Assembly: GCF_030684315.1 (NCBI RefSeq)
Contig: NC_081362.1
Location: 10,596,589 to 10,660,588, forward strand
Source: Stegostoma tigrinum
Taxonomy: Eukaryota
Direction: 5' to 3'
Length of the DNA stretch: 64,000 nucleotides
Below the pieces are notes generated by a model, which was not told where the DNA came from, did not search any database, and worked only from the letters and a program-made list of their open reading frames with translations. Shown here in pieces: positions 36,556 to 49,040 of the stretch. The translations under genes were made by a program, and so were the position numbers. Positions within the stretch are counted from its first letter, which is position 1. Every line of letters begins with the position of its first letter.

Positions 36556-37397
36556 AGGGGGATGGGGAGAGGGAACTGGAATAAATAGGGAGAGAGGGGG
36601 AGGCGGATCGAAGATGGAGAGTAAAGAAGATAGGTGGAGAGAGTATAGGTGGGGAGGTAGGGAGGGGATAGGTCAGTCCAGGGAAGACGGACAGGTCAAG
36701 GAGGTGGGATGAGGTTAGTAGGTAGCTGGGGGTGCGGCTTGGGGTGGGAGGAAGGGATGGGTGAGAGGAAGAACCGGTTAGGGAGGCAGAGACAGGTTGG
36801 ACTGGCTTTGGGATGCAGTGGGTGGGGGGGAAGAGCTGGGCTGGTTGTGTGGTGCAGTGGGGGGAGGGGACGAACTGGGCTGGTTTAGGGATGCAGTAGG
36901 GGAAGGGGAGATTTTGAAACTGGTGAAGTCCACATTGATACCATTAGGCTGCAGGGTTCCCAGGCGGAATATGAGTTGCTGTATTCCGCCTGGGAACCCT
37001 GCAGCCTAATGGTATCAATGTGGACTTCACCAGTTTCAAAATCTCCCCTTCCCCTACTGCATCCCTAAACCAGCCCAGTTCGTCCCCTCCCCCCACTGCA
37101 CCACACAACCAGCCCAGCTCTTCCCCCCCACCCACTGCATCCCAAAGCCAGTCCAACCTGTCTCTGCCTCCCTAACCGGTTCTTCCTCTCACCCATCCCT
37201 TCCTCCCACCCCAAGCCGCACCCCCATCTACCTATTAACCTCATCCCACCTCCTTGACCTGTCCGTCTTCCCTGGGCTGACCTATCCCCTCCCTACCTCC
37301 CCACCTATACTCTCTCCACCTATTTTCTTTACTCTCCATCTTCGGTCCGCCTCCCCCTCTCTCCCTATTTATTCCAGTTCCCTCTCCCCATCCCCCT

Positions 37398-37429
37398 CTC
37401 TGATGAAGGGTCTAGGCCCGAAACGTCAG
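37398..37429 (+). ncRNA. Minimal type I hammerhead ribozyme motif
   Basis: CTGATGA (37400-37406), stem II GGGT/GCCC, GAAA (37420-37423), CGTC. Confidence 0.7.
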
Positions 37430-38319
37430 CTTTTGTGCTCCTGAGATGCTGCTTGGCCTGCTGTGTTCATCCAGCCTCACATTTTATTATCTTGGTATTC
37501 TCCAGCATCTGCAGTTCCCATTATCTCTGATACTACTTCAGGAACAGGACTGTTTTTGTGAGTCCTGACCCCATTCTCCAAAACAGCAGCAGACTGAGGT
37601 CCCGTCCTTCTGTGATGTTGACATCAAGGTGACAGCACATGTCATGTCCACAGAGAGAATGTTACCCTTTGAGGATTTTACTAGGATTTGAGAGTCAATG
37701 GACGTCACTTGCTGACATTGAAACTGCACAAAACAAACACTTTGAGAAGCAAACACTGAGCATGAGTACAAGCTAGAAAACAGTATCACAGAACACACAC
37801 CGAACATTTTGGGTCTGACAGTCTTAAAATATTTAGATGTATCCAGCCACATTTAAGAACAATATGAATTAACTGGCACAGAATTACATACTCCTGACTT
37901 ACAGAGGCAGGTGTGCAGGAATCATCCCCCCTCCCAATCATTAGTTTGAATATGTAGGATATAAGACTATAACAGGACCAAGTAAGATTGCCTTTCCCTT
38001 TCGACTAGAATGGAACGGCTGGATTGTCTGCTATCACATTGCAAGAATAGTTACTTGGAATTAGTGCTGGAAGGTAAGAATTAGAACTAGAATTAGGCTT
38101 TATTGTCACGTGTACTCAAGTACAGGGATACAGGAGTGCAGTGAAAAGTGTACAAAGTCGCCATTCCTGGTGCTATCTTGGGTATAGAGTACCTAGGTAT
38201 AAAATCTTAGGCAAAAAGTAGAAAAACAGGTTAAAAGTTCAACATTACAGTTTTTCTCAGTATGAAGTAGTAAATAAGAAATAACATTTAAAGGTTGTCA
38301 GTATCTAACATAAACCCAT

Positions 38320-38667
38320 GGGGAGGCAATGGTCTAGTAGGATTATCATTGGAATATTGATTCAGGAAACTCAGCTATATGTTCTGGGGACCTGGGTTCA
38401 AATCTCGTTCGAGCAGATGGTAGAATTTGAATTCAACAATGAATCTGGAATAAGGAGTGTACTGGCGAACATGAAGCTGTTGCTGATTATCAGGAAAGAT
38501 TCACCTATGCCTTTTAGGGAAGGAAATCTGCTGTCATTACTTGGTCTACATGTGACTGCAGAACCACAGAATTGTGGTTGACTCTTGACTGCCCTCTGGC
38601 CAATTAGAGATGGGCAATAAAGGCTGGCCTAGCTGGAGACACCTTCATTCCATGAATGTTTTTTTTA
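38320..38667 (+). mobile_element. SINE-B
   Basis: ggggaggcaatggtctagtag..gggttcaaatc..gatgggcaataaaggctggcctagc..ccatgaatg. Confidence 0.85.
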
Positions 38668-38699
38668 AGTCTACAGGGCATTAATATTTGATCTGAATA

Positions 38700-39130
38700 T
38701 CACTATTCATATAGTGCCTTTCATAGCCTCAGGTTATCCCAAAGTGCTTCATTGACAATGAAGAGCTGTTCAGAGTATAGTCACTTATGTAATGTGAAGT
38801 TAAAACATACAGGCAGCCAATTTGAACACAGCAAGCACAAAAACAGAAGTTGCTGGAAAAGCTCAGCAGGTCTGGCTGCATCTGTGAAGAAAAAATCAGA
38901 GTTAACATTTTGGGTCTGGTGTTCTGAGGAAGGGTCACCGGACCTGAAACGTTAGCTCTGACATTTTCTTCACAGATGCTGTCAGACCTGCTGAGCTTTT
39001 CCAGCAACTTCTGATTCTGATCCTGACTTACAGTATCCACAGTTCTTTCGATTTTTATTGAACACAGCAAGCTCCCACAAGCAACAATAACATAAATGGT
39101 CAGATAATCAGTTGAGAGACAAGGAATACA
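38700..39130 (-). mobile_element. DeuSINE-like 3' portion, interrupted by a PLE foldback
   Basis: tatagtgcctttca..cccaaagtgcttca..ggcagccaatttg.acacagcaagctcccacaa..cagataatc. Confidence 0.6.
38837..39057. mobile_element. Foldback PLE pLTR insertion, family B
   Basis: Inverted arms; exact 15-bp TSD ttgaacacagcaagc at 38822-38836 and 39058-39072; CTGAGGA-A-GGGTC-accg-GACCT-GAAA-CGTTA at 38924-38954. Confidence 0.9.
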
Positions 39131-39589
39131 AGAATATTTACAGCAGTAATCTAAATCATGGGCTTACTCATCACAATTAGTGCTCTAAAGTTTGTGATTT
39201 CTGAATTTCACAGTGTGTGTTGTAAACTGAATCTGCAACACTGACATCATGGGAACATTTGTATTTACTTAACTCATGGCAGGAAGGGCGCAATTGCACC
39301 ATCTGCTGGAAATACACAACATTGCTGTCAACCGTGAACAGATGGCACTGCCTAAGTTTTGTGATGGTTTTGAGAGGTTTCTATATAACAGATGTTAATA
39401 ATGTATTACAAGTTTTGCATATGGTGCACGCTGCCCACAATTATCACACTTTTCCTACAACAACAAAACACTACTACGTGCACATGTAGCCACCCTCACA
39501 ATGCCCTTCACTTCTCTGTTGAGCTTCACAGGGTCTCTCCAATCCAGGTATAACATTGGCATTTTGTTACATCTCGAATTGATTCTTCA

Positions 39590-40630
39590 GCACCGTGACC
39601 CTCTTTTGGCTTCTTATCCCAAATAACCCTTGATCCCCTTAGTAATCAGGAACCTATCTCTGCCTTAAAGCTTGGCCTCCACATCCTTCTGGAGCAATGA
39701 CTACTCCAGATTAACCACACTCTGGATGCAGAAATTCCTCATTTCAGTTCTAAAGGGTCATTCCATCATTCTGAGGCTGTACCCTTGGATGATAGTCTCT
39801 CTTATTAGTGAAAGTATCTTCTCCACATTCACGCTATCCAGGCCTCTCAGTATTTTGTAAATTTCAGTCAGAACCCCCGTCATCCTTGTAAACTCCATTA
39901 GGTACAGACCCAGAATCCTCAACTGCTCCTCATATTGCAAGCCCGTCATCTCCAGGTTCATTCTTGTGAACCACCTCTGAACCCCTTCAGATGCCAGAAC
40001 ATCCTTCCTTCGATACCGTGCCCAAAACTGCTCACATTATTCCAAATGTTCCAAAAAATTCCAGAGCCTTACACAGCCTTAAAGTGCTCTCTGATGAAGG
40101 GTCTAGGCCTGAAACGTCAGCTTTTGTGCTCCTGAGATGCTGCTTGGCCTGCTGTGTTCATCCAGCCTCACATTTTATTATCTTGGAATTCTCCAGCATC
40201 TGCAGTTCCCATTATCTCTCAAAGTACATCTCTGCTCTTGTATCCTAACCCTGTTGAAATGAACGCTAACATTGCATTTGCCTTCCTAACTGCCAAATGA
40301 ACCTGCATAAGTAACCTCAAGAAAATCCTGTACTAAGGCTCTCAAGTCCCTTCATACTTCAGATTTCTGAAGCCTTTCCCCACTTAGAAAACAGTCTATG
40401 TCTCTATTCTTCCTACCAAAGTGCATAACCCCTCATGCTTTCCTATATTGTATTCCATCTGCCACTTCGTTGCCCACTTTCCTAGCTGTCCAAGTCCTTC
40501 TGTAGCCTCCCACTTCCTCAACACTACCTCTCCCTCCACCTAGCTTTCTGTCATCTGCAAACTTAGCAACAATGCCCTCAGTTCCTTCGATCAGATTGTT
40601 AATGGATAACGTGAATAGTTATGGTCCCAA
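39590..40630 (-). mobile_element. CR1 RT to 3' fragment, with a PLE pLTR inserted at 40087-40220
   Basis: GLQYEEQLRILGLY..EIYKILRGLD; reverse-strand KFADD at ~40550. Confidence 0.85.
40087..40220 (+). mobile_element. Solo PLE pLTR with tail and intact hammerhead core, family A
   Basis: CTGATGA at 40091 to GAAACGTC at 40111-40118; near-identical to 37396-37528. Confidence 0.9.
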
Positions 40631-40889
40631 CGTTGATACCTCTAACCCACACTAACATTGTAACTTTAATTCCTTTTCATGTCATTTCGTGTTTGTGGTA
40701 TCTTCAACTGTGATTTTGTGGACAGTACGAAAGGCAAGTCAAGCACCAGGCCCAATATCTTACGGGAGTGAATCGAAAAGCAAAGATGTTACATTAAAAA
40801 GAGACTGTGGTGGAGTAGGTACAGGTCACTTGGGGTTTTATTCCCCCTGAGAATAGCAAACAGACGGTGGCAGGGAGAGAAATATCAAA

Positions 40890-41145
40890 GATATAGAAAA
40901 ACATGGAAAACACAGAAAATGGGAGCAGGAGTAGGCCCTTTGGAGTCTGCTCCATCATTCATTATGATCATGGCTGATCATCCAAATCTATAGCTTGTTC
41001 CTGCTCTCCCCACATATTCTTTGATCCCTTTAGCCCCGAGTGCTATATCCAACTCCTTCTTGAAATCACACAATGCTTTGGTCTCAGAACTGCTGTCACT
41101 GGTAGCAAATTCTAAAGGCTCACACCCTCTGGGTGAAGAAATTTA
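40890..41145 (-). mobile_element. CR1 3' end
   Basis: Similar to 52165-52480 and 57430-57720. Confidence 0.75.
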
Positions 41146-42194
41146 TCCAGGCAGGTTGTCACCAGGGGAGATAGTTATCCTTCCGCGGCACTTGAGAATT
41201 AGAAATTCCTTCCGGGCAGGAAGACCATCTTTCCACTGACAATGAGGGCTCTTTAATGGTCAATTTACTCAAGCGGCCTTTAATGCCTCCACCCTCATTA
41301 ACTCTGTACCCCTATCAGGCAAGCAGAGTGGCAGCACTCCCAAACAATGATTTGGATTGGTTGGCCTGCCATGTGGAGGGAAGTAACCTATCGATCTGCA
41401 AAGACACGGATTAGAAGAAAGGCAAGGTATTGTAGCTGCTGAAAGCCACTTGCCTGACCTTACTGCAAAACCTCCTGACTCTCTTCTCCCCTTGACCCTG
41501 AACTCCTTGTCTCCACCCCTCTCCCTCCACACTCCCCCAAAAGTCACATGCCTTACCCTGCTGCTCTAGGACTTTAGACATCAATGTGCCACCAGCAGCC
41601 TCACCCCTGAGGTTACACTGATCCTCACAGTGGATCCCAGTCTCTGACTGTCCTGCAGCTTCAAGTCCAAGGTCGGTTGCGGGCGGGGGGGGGAGGATCA
41701 TTGCCGTCATCCACCTAAAAACCCAACAGGCTCATCAAAATCATGGCTGGGCAGAGTAGATGGGGAGGAGCAGCTCCTGCTCATTAAAAAAAAGACCAAC
41801 AGACACAAATTTACAGTGACATGCAAACAAGATGAGGTTCATGTGAGAACTAACTATACACTTCGTGAAAAAGTTTAAGTTCTGGAATGCACTGCCCAAA
41901 AATGCGGTGGAGACAGATTCGATCGCGGCATTCAAGGGGGCACTGGACGCTTATGCAGTGATGTGGGGAAGAGGCAGAAGATTAGGACAAGGCAATAGAA
42001 CCAGTGCAGGCATGATGGACTGAATGGCTCCTTTTGTGCCACAGCAATTCTGTAATTCCAGGTGACCACCTAAGGGGTTGACAGGCCCTAAACTCAAAGT
42101 GGAGTCGAGAATAATGACATCAGCCATGATCACATTGAGGGAGCTCGATGGGCTGAATAACCATCTGCTCCGCCATCCCATGGTCCCTCCTGTT

Positions 42195-42710
42195 ACCCCA
42201 TTCCACAATGACCTGCAATCCTACGGTTGCCTTTAGCACGGCAAACTCTTCCCCCAAGGCTTCACAAGAGTGCTTTATCAAATGAAATTTGACACTGTAA
42301 GCTGTGCAAAGGAGACGTAAGGATAGATGTGCCAAATTTTGGTCAAAGAGATAGTTTCTAAAGGGGCATCTGAAAGAGGAGGGAGAGGTTTACTCAGAAC
42401 CAAGGCAGCTGAGGCATAGCCACCAATAGGGGAGCAATCAGCATTGGTGCAAGAGGCCTAATTTGGAGAAGCTTAGATCTTGCGAGGAGGGTTGGAGGGC
42501 AGCAGTTACTAACAGAAATAGGGTGAAATAAGGGCACAGATGGATTTGACAACAAAGATAATCATTTTAAACTCGCAGTGTTGCCAATGTGAGCTTAGAG
42601 TGAAAACAGGAATGAGTGAGAATATCTGCAGCAGAGTTTTGGATGAGCTAAAGTTTACAAAGACTGGAAGATGGGAGGTGGCTAGGACAGCAGTGGCACA
42701 GTTCCAATGA
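42195..42710 (-). mobile_element. L2-like LINE 3' fragment
   Basis: Reverse L2-type end (cccaaggcttcaca..ttggtcaaagag..ggcagctgaggca..gcagcagagttttggatgagct). Confidence 0.55.
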
Positions 42711-43360
42711 AAACAGCTTTACATTGTTTCCCCTTGACCACCTGGGCGGAATATGCATAATATTAGCATCCTCCTAATGCTACAGGACACTGATTTGCAT
42801 TATTAGCCCAACACAATAATTTTAATTCTGCTACAACCTAATTCCTATCAGGTCTGCCTAGTTGCAATTGGCTCTGATGTACATGAAGAGCCCAGTATGA
42901 GAGCTTGCTGTTTCTTAATAAACTTGGACTTTTAACCCAGTTCCCACAGCTTGTCAAATACCCCATATCCTGTTTGGTTAGTGAAATAAGAAGACAGGAT
43001 CCTATTTAGAAACATCTGTTTCAATTAAATCAAAATAGTTTAGTTGTATTCCCTTGTATTAGAGAGGAAATGAACAGCAGTTAAAGTGGATTATGCATAT
43101 CTGAGATTAAAGAAACCACTGCAATTACTGAGCAGAAAAGTCATAATTGTATCCAAGATTGAACCAAAATGCAAGACATTTAAATAGGCTTCAAAATGGG
43201 GCACAACCATAATTGAATAATTGCCAACATTTTGAACTTACATCCTCGCTTTGATTTTTATTCCAAATGTAATTATTTTCCCTCCAAACTTCTTAGCTTT
43301 CACAAAGCTATAGGCTTTTGCCAACGTACCTTTCCATATCACCAGATATCCTCCAGTACC

Positions 43361-43570
43361 AAAGTATGGAGCTGGATGAACACTGCAGGCCAAGCAGCAT
43401 CTTAGGAGCAAAAAAGCTGACATTTCAGGCCTAGACCCATTCTGATGAAGGGTCTAGGCCCGAAACATCAGCTTTTGTGCTCCTAAGATGCTGCCTGGCC
43501 AGCTGTGTTCATCCAGCCCCATACTTTATTATCTCGAATTCTCCAGCATCTGCAGTTCCCATTATCTCTC
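43361..43570. mobile_element. Foldback PLE pLTR insertion, family A
   Basis: Inverted arms; 13-bp TSD atcctccagtacc / atcctccggtacc (43348-43360, 43571-43583); CTGATGA..GAAACATC at 43442-43469. Confidence 0.9.
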
Positions 43571-43789
43571 ATCCTCCGGTACCTCACTTGTTTCCAGGTG
43601 CCAAGAAACCTGATGCTGTGGCAGTAGCATCTTATTGAACCCGGACACATCTAACATCAGCGAACAGGTGTCCCGTGCAACTGGGGTCTATGAGGTGTCT
43701 CAGCAAATCATTTCATAAGTTCTGTGAAATCCTTACTTGAACACTGCTTTGTATCTGTGAAGATGGGGACCGGGATCTGAATACTGAAT

Positions 43790-44052
43790 AATCTGTGTGG
43801 AGTTTGCACGTTATCTCTGTGTCTGTGTGCGTTTCTGCCAGTTTCCTCTCATAGTCCCGCAGGTTAGGTGGACTAGCTATGCTAAGTTGCCCATAGTATC
43901 CAGGGATGTACAAACAACATGCACAATCCATGGGAAATACAGGGTTACAGGGATAGGGTAGGAGGGGTGAGTCTGGGTGGGATGCTGTTTAGAGGGTCAA
44001 TGTGAATTTGATGGGCCAAATGGTCTGCTTCTACTCTGTAGGGATTCTATTT
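43790..44052 (+). mobile_element. V-SINE, head missing
   Basis: tctgtgtggagtttgcacg..gggccaaatggtctgctt..gggattctat. Confidence 0.8.
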
Positions 44053-45225
44053 CATTCTTCTGCCTCAGTGTCCACCAAGAATCTTTCTGGTGTGCATCTT
44101 CCATCTTTGTCTCTGCCAAATGGGATACGTCTTTATCACTGTTTTTAGGACGTAGGTATAGGACCAGTCAGAAAGCCGAGGAGGTGCATGACACCCAGTT
44201 GTTGGCATCTACTCCAAAAAATAAAGCAATGTCACTTCCGCCTTCATTTGACCCAGCAGTAGTGCCGTCTTAATACTGAGACAATTTGGGCTACTGATTT
44301 TCGAATAACATCAACTTATTTTAATGCTTAGAATTTTCACAGAATGAAATGGCTTTGAAAAGGAAAAATACTGACGTGAAAAGGTCACAGCATCCGTTTG
44401 ACCTGAGCGTGGCTAAATCGTGAAACCAGTGTGAGATAAACATAGGGAATCTGAAGTGAAATTAATAGGCGTTGAATCAAGATGCCCAGTCCGGTGGGAA
44501 GAAACTCTGGTATCCAATTCTGAATTACAAGTTTATGTGAATTTTCTCCCACACTCAACAAACCTGAAGAAATATATTCTCCCCAGACAGAATACATAAA
44601 GTAAGTTCATATTTTAGGGAACTGCTTTTGGCAGAGCGGAGGAGATGGATTTCTGACTGCAAATGCAACTTGCTGGAGAAAGGGTTCTCTCAGCGTCTCA
44701 AGGAAGCAAAGTGCCTGGAGCCAAAACTGATTTAAAAAAAGTATCAAAATGCAGACAACTCAAAAGGACGACCAACATATTCACTACAGTTGTTGACTCA
44801 AGCCACCAATTAAACAACCACAGCCTCGGGTTAAAGCATTATGTGTAAAGGATACCCTAAGAACTTTAAACTGCATGCTCCTTTCAACCTCCTTCTGTAC
44901 TGTACATTATCAGCAGTCTCGGGCTTGCTAGAGGGTTCCATTCTCAAATCGATTTGTACAGTAGTCAAAACACATTTAAGGACAATGTAAAGCAGCTGTT
45001 CATAATTACAGAAAATGTTCATTGGGTTTTTAAAAATTAATGTTCAAATATGCAAGCATTTGTAAGTCAGGCGTTCATAAATCAGGGACCTCCTGCATCC
45101 CCTTATGACTTTGTACTTGCATATGTTTCACATCACATCTTTCTTATTTTCCTCAACAGGTAGCCAAATTGCTCTTTCTTTCACTCAAGAAAACCTTGTA
45201 ATTGCTTTGCTACTGAGACACTAGA

Positions 45226-45375
45226 GATAGAACAGAACATTACAGCACAGTACAGGCCCTTCGGCCCACGATGTTGTGCTGACCTGAAGCCCATCTAACC
45301 TACACTATTCCATGTACATCCATATGCTTATCCAATGACGACTTAAATGTACCTAAAGTTGGCAAATCTACTACT
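45226..45375 (-). mobile_element. Short CR1 3' end, same young subfamily as 49403-52148
   Basis: Near-identical to 49400-49560 apart from a short deletion. Confidence 0.85.
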
Positions 45376-46569
45376 AGAATAACCAATTTTTTTTATTTGC
45401 AAATGATTTAGCCTTGTGCTAGAAAATAATGCTGTGGCCAACTGAGGAGGTTGACAAGGGGGGAGTTAATTCTCCCTTTCTCCACCTGGTGGTAACAGTG
45501 GTTACAGAAGGAAGCAAGCTGACCTGCAGCCCAATATCATGTCTGTCAAGCTCACCACAGCCCGGAAAACACACTGGGTACATCAGTAACATCATTCAAT
45601 CATCTTGGCACCCATGCATAAACAACTCACAGATGTACTGTTGGCTCAAACAAGTTAGTTCATCACTTTCCTCATGGATAACTGACAGCAGCATTAAAGC
45701 ACTGCAATTTTAAAGAAAAATAGGAAACTGCAGTTATGCGGCACCTTTCAGAATATGCCAAAGTACTTCACAGCTCACTAAGTATTTACAAGTAATGTTT
45801 AAAGTGTAGACAACTAAATTACAATGACAGCACTCCACAAAGTGTTCAATCATAGACCTCACCCACAAAGCTTTAAATGTCCCTTCATCAATCCCATAAT
45901 TTAGATCAACAAGAAAAGATTCCATTCACTGAACGTGCAGTTCATTTGCAGACTGTAGCACACATCATGCTAATAAATGCTCACCTGCCCTGGCAACTGT
46001 AATGGTGTCAATGTCTGCCTACTCTATTCCTGAATGTACCTCCTTCACATCACAGGTACTTCTCTCATTCGTTGAACATCTGCTTATGTGCACTGAATCA
46101 AAAAATTCCCAGCCGTGCTACTTTATCACACCAACTTTGAAATTCTACAGCCTGTACCCTACCATGGGTTGGGTTACATAGATTGGGTCACTTTGAGTTT
46201 TACCTGGGGCATTTGCCAGATGCAAATGAACTCCACAACATGCACATTTTCTCCAGGCAAGGATCCCTCCTTGGAATTAAGTCCGAGATGATCAAGTACT
46301 GGAGCAGGCTCAAGGGGGAGTTGCCCACTCATGCTCCTAGTTCTTATGTTTTTCTTAAGTCAGCCCGATAGCACAGGTTTGGCTCCCCGTTGAGCTGAGG
46401 GGACTCAAGAATAGGTTAAGGAGCATCACAGCAATTTCAAAATGAATCAAAACTGCTCACTGTGCAATTGAATTTATAATATATACAGGTTATTACAAAT
46501 AGAACAATGTTTGCTCAAAAGAAACTCTTTAATTTATCATTATTCAGCAACACAATTGTATTTCAACAT

Positions 46570-47172
46570 GCTATGTTATTTCAAGGGGGCTAGAGCATAA
46601 CAGTAGGGAAGCCTTACTGCAGCTGAATAAAGTGCTAGTAAGACCCTATCTGAAGAACTGCAGGCAGAGTTACTCCCCTTTTTCTAGAAAGTACATTCTT
46701 TCAATGGAGGCAGTTCAGGGAATGTTCTCTGGGATGGCCCTCAGTATGGAGGGATTGTCTTAAGAGAAAAGGTTAAATAGGCTGAAACTCCTTGGAAGTT
46801 AGAAGGATGGTCTCATTGAGACATATAGGATTCTTAAGGGGGCTTGTCAGGGTTTCCTCTCATTAGAGAGTTTATAACCGGGGCATTGTCTCAGAAATAA
46901 AAGAGTGCCAATTTAAGACTGAGATTAGGAGGAATTTCTTCTCTCAGAGGGTTGAAAGTGTTTGAAACTCCTTGCCTCAGTTACAGTGGGGGACAAGCCT
47001 TTGTGTATTTTTAAGGCTGAGATGGATAGATTCCTGATCAGTCAAGGAATCAGGGGTTATGTGGAACGGGCAAGATAGTGGACATGAGGAATGTCAGATC
47101 AGCCATGATCCTTTAGAATGGCGTAGCAGGCTCGAGGAGCTGAAAGGCCTACTCCTGTTAGTATTTCTTATG
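46570..47172 (+). mobile_element. CR1 3' fragment, degenerate
   Basis: Colinear with 28710-29295. Confidence 0.8.
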
Positions 47173-47763
47173 GATTTACAGTTAAAATGTGGTATAACAA
47201 CTTTGTAGTACCGCAGGATTCCTCAGCACAATTTCAAACACAGCAATGGAGGATGCTAAATTGAAGCTTGGTGGTTATCCACATTGTAAAAAAGAAAATC
47301 AATGCTTACCTCAGTCTTCATTATATCCCCTTGTGTCTAGACCGGAACATCTGTTGCAAGGAGTAAGGAGAAGGATACCTACCTCCCATTTCAGATCAGG
47401 AATTATTCCAACATGGGCAGATGGTGCTGTTGTGGTAAAGTCATTGGAATAGTCATACCAATGTGCTGGGGACCAGGTTTCAAATCCCACCACAACTCCT
47501 GGTGTAATTTAAATTCAGTTAGCAAGACAGTCACAGTAGTCGTGACTGTGAAATATCATTGCTTGTTGTAAAATTCTACTTGGTCTCTACCAACCTAACA
47601 TCTGCTATTCTTCCCAGGTCTGGCCTACCATGTAATACAAAATATTGCCTCCTGAAATGGTCTGGGGAACCATTGAGTTGAAGGTCAAAATAGACCATTT
47701 CCATCATCACTGGATTTAGTGTGCTTTTGTGCTGTCCTGTATCTCAGGAGTAATGAACTGGAC

Positions 47764-48465
47764 TGTCATGGTAACTTTGGAAAAGCTGAAGTTTTGCTTA
47801 AAACAGACGCAGTGAATCAGATGCGATAATGTGGATTGTTTATGTTTTACAACTTGAGATTGTCATAAAACTGTGCTGTGTGAATATCATATGGTTAATT
47901 GGATGACATGAACCCAGCCATAGCATGAACAACCAGTTCTGAGGTCAAAGAGCTTCATTACAAGAGTTAAGCGTCTTTCCAAGGAGACATGAGCAAGTCC
48001 TAAAGAGTTAATTGATTAAACTGGCCATGGTAGATTATGCATTTGTGATATTTGCCAGTGGTCAAACTGATCTTTCACTGCAGACTGGTTAGTGTCAAGG
48101 TTTGAATGCACAGTTTGTATCTTTGGAAAGAGTATAAAGCAAAGCTTACCACAGAGTACAGATAGTCAGCTCAGGACAGGTCACCTGATCAGTGGGTGGA
48201 GATTGGGACAGGGCAGGCTGATCACACATAAACAGGTTCATTTGTGATTGTCAGCATTGTATGGGTAAAAGTTTTGCAGTAATTTTTGTAGTGTAGTTTG
48301 CTTTCGTAAAGAACATTGGGTATATCCCAGTGACAGAACTGCCTTGGGTTGTTGACTTTGAGAGGAAAACAGAGGGACTAGTGAAAGTGGGAATAAAAGC
48401 CTATAACAGTTACAGAGGTACCTGTACACATCTTTAGTCTAGCATGCTGCTGCTCAGGCTCTTCA
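47764..48465 (+). mobile_element. Possible solo LTR
   Basis: TGTCATGG..CTTCA ends, TATAAA ~48133, AATAAA ~48393; flanks tggac/tggct only partly match. Confidence 0.4.
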
Positions 48466-48504
48466 TGGCTGCTGGTCATGTGGTGTCATCATGGTCCTTG
48501 GCCC

Positions 48505-48630
48505 ATTAGCAAAGGTTTCAACCCAAAACATTGACTTCCCTGCTGCTAGGATGCTGTCTGACCTGCTGTGCTTTTCCAGCCTCACGTTTATTGACTCTAG
48601 CTTCCAGCATCTGCAGTTCTTACAGTCTCC
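48505..48630 (+). mobile_element. PLE pLTR variant (family C)
   Basis: cccaaaacattgact..gatgctgtctgacctgctgtgcttttccagc..ccagcatctgcagtt. Confidence 0.7.
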
Positions 48631-48789
48631 AAAGAGCTGCATCCCATTTTCCAATTATTTGTCTTCAGAACACAACACTGAGTTCAACAACTGCAGACTG
48701 TGAACGCTATCCTCCATTTCAAATTATTTTTTGCCAAGGGCCAGTTTGTATTTTTTTTTTGCTTTCAGTCAAAGCCGTCCTTAATTCAG

Positions 48790-49040
48790 CCATTAACACT
48801 TACCATGTACCAATACTTTGCTTCCTGACCCAATCACTGCCTCTCCCTCTGCTTTTGGTCCATGATGCCTTTGCTATTTAACCACCCATTCACCTATCCT
48901 TGCCCTTTTCTTTTGTTATCACTGACCTCCCACTTCTCTTGACTGCTTACAACAGTGTAACAGATCGACCTCTCTTCGGGCTGAAGAAGTCATATTAGAC
49001 TCAAATCATTATCTCCATTTCTCCTTCCACAGCTCTTGTG
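48790..49040 (+). mobile_element. Old PLE 3' UTR with hammerhead remnant
   Basis: Pyrimidine-rich UTR, then CTGAAGA-AGTC-atatta-GACT-caaa at ~48981-49005. Confidence 0.45.

Larger units (their letters stand above)
36464..37536. mobile_element. Long foldback PLE insertion: two 508-bp inverted arms plus 3' tail
   Basis: Arms 36464-36971 and 36982-37489, 10-nt spacer, about 6 mismatches by eye; tail 37490-37536; 12-bp TSD ttcaggaacagg at 36451-36462 and 37537-37548; homologous to ~2195-2680. Confidence 0.95.

Noticed and set aside
36797-37156. Two near-identical 70-aa ORFs on opposite strands
   Set aside because: By-product of the inverted repeat; they are antisense to the PLE coding strand
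36464-37489. Palindrome as an assembly fold-back artefact
   Set aside because: Arms differ at several sites, the tail is on one side only and a 12-bp TSD flanks it; read-level confirmation is still advisable
45040-45097. Tigger/pogo-like terminal repeat (also ~3765-3810)
   Set aside because: Only one degenerate end is visible, with no matching partner TIR or TA duplication
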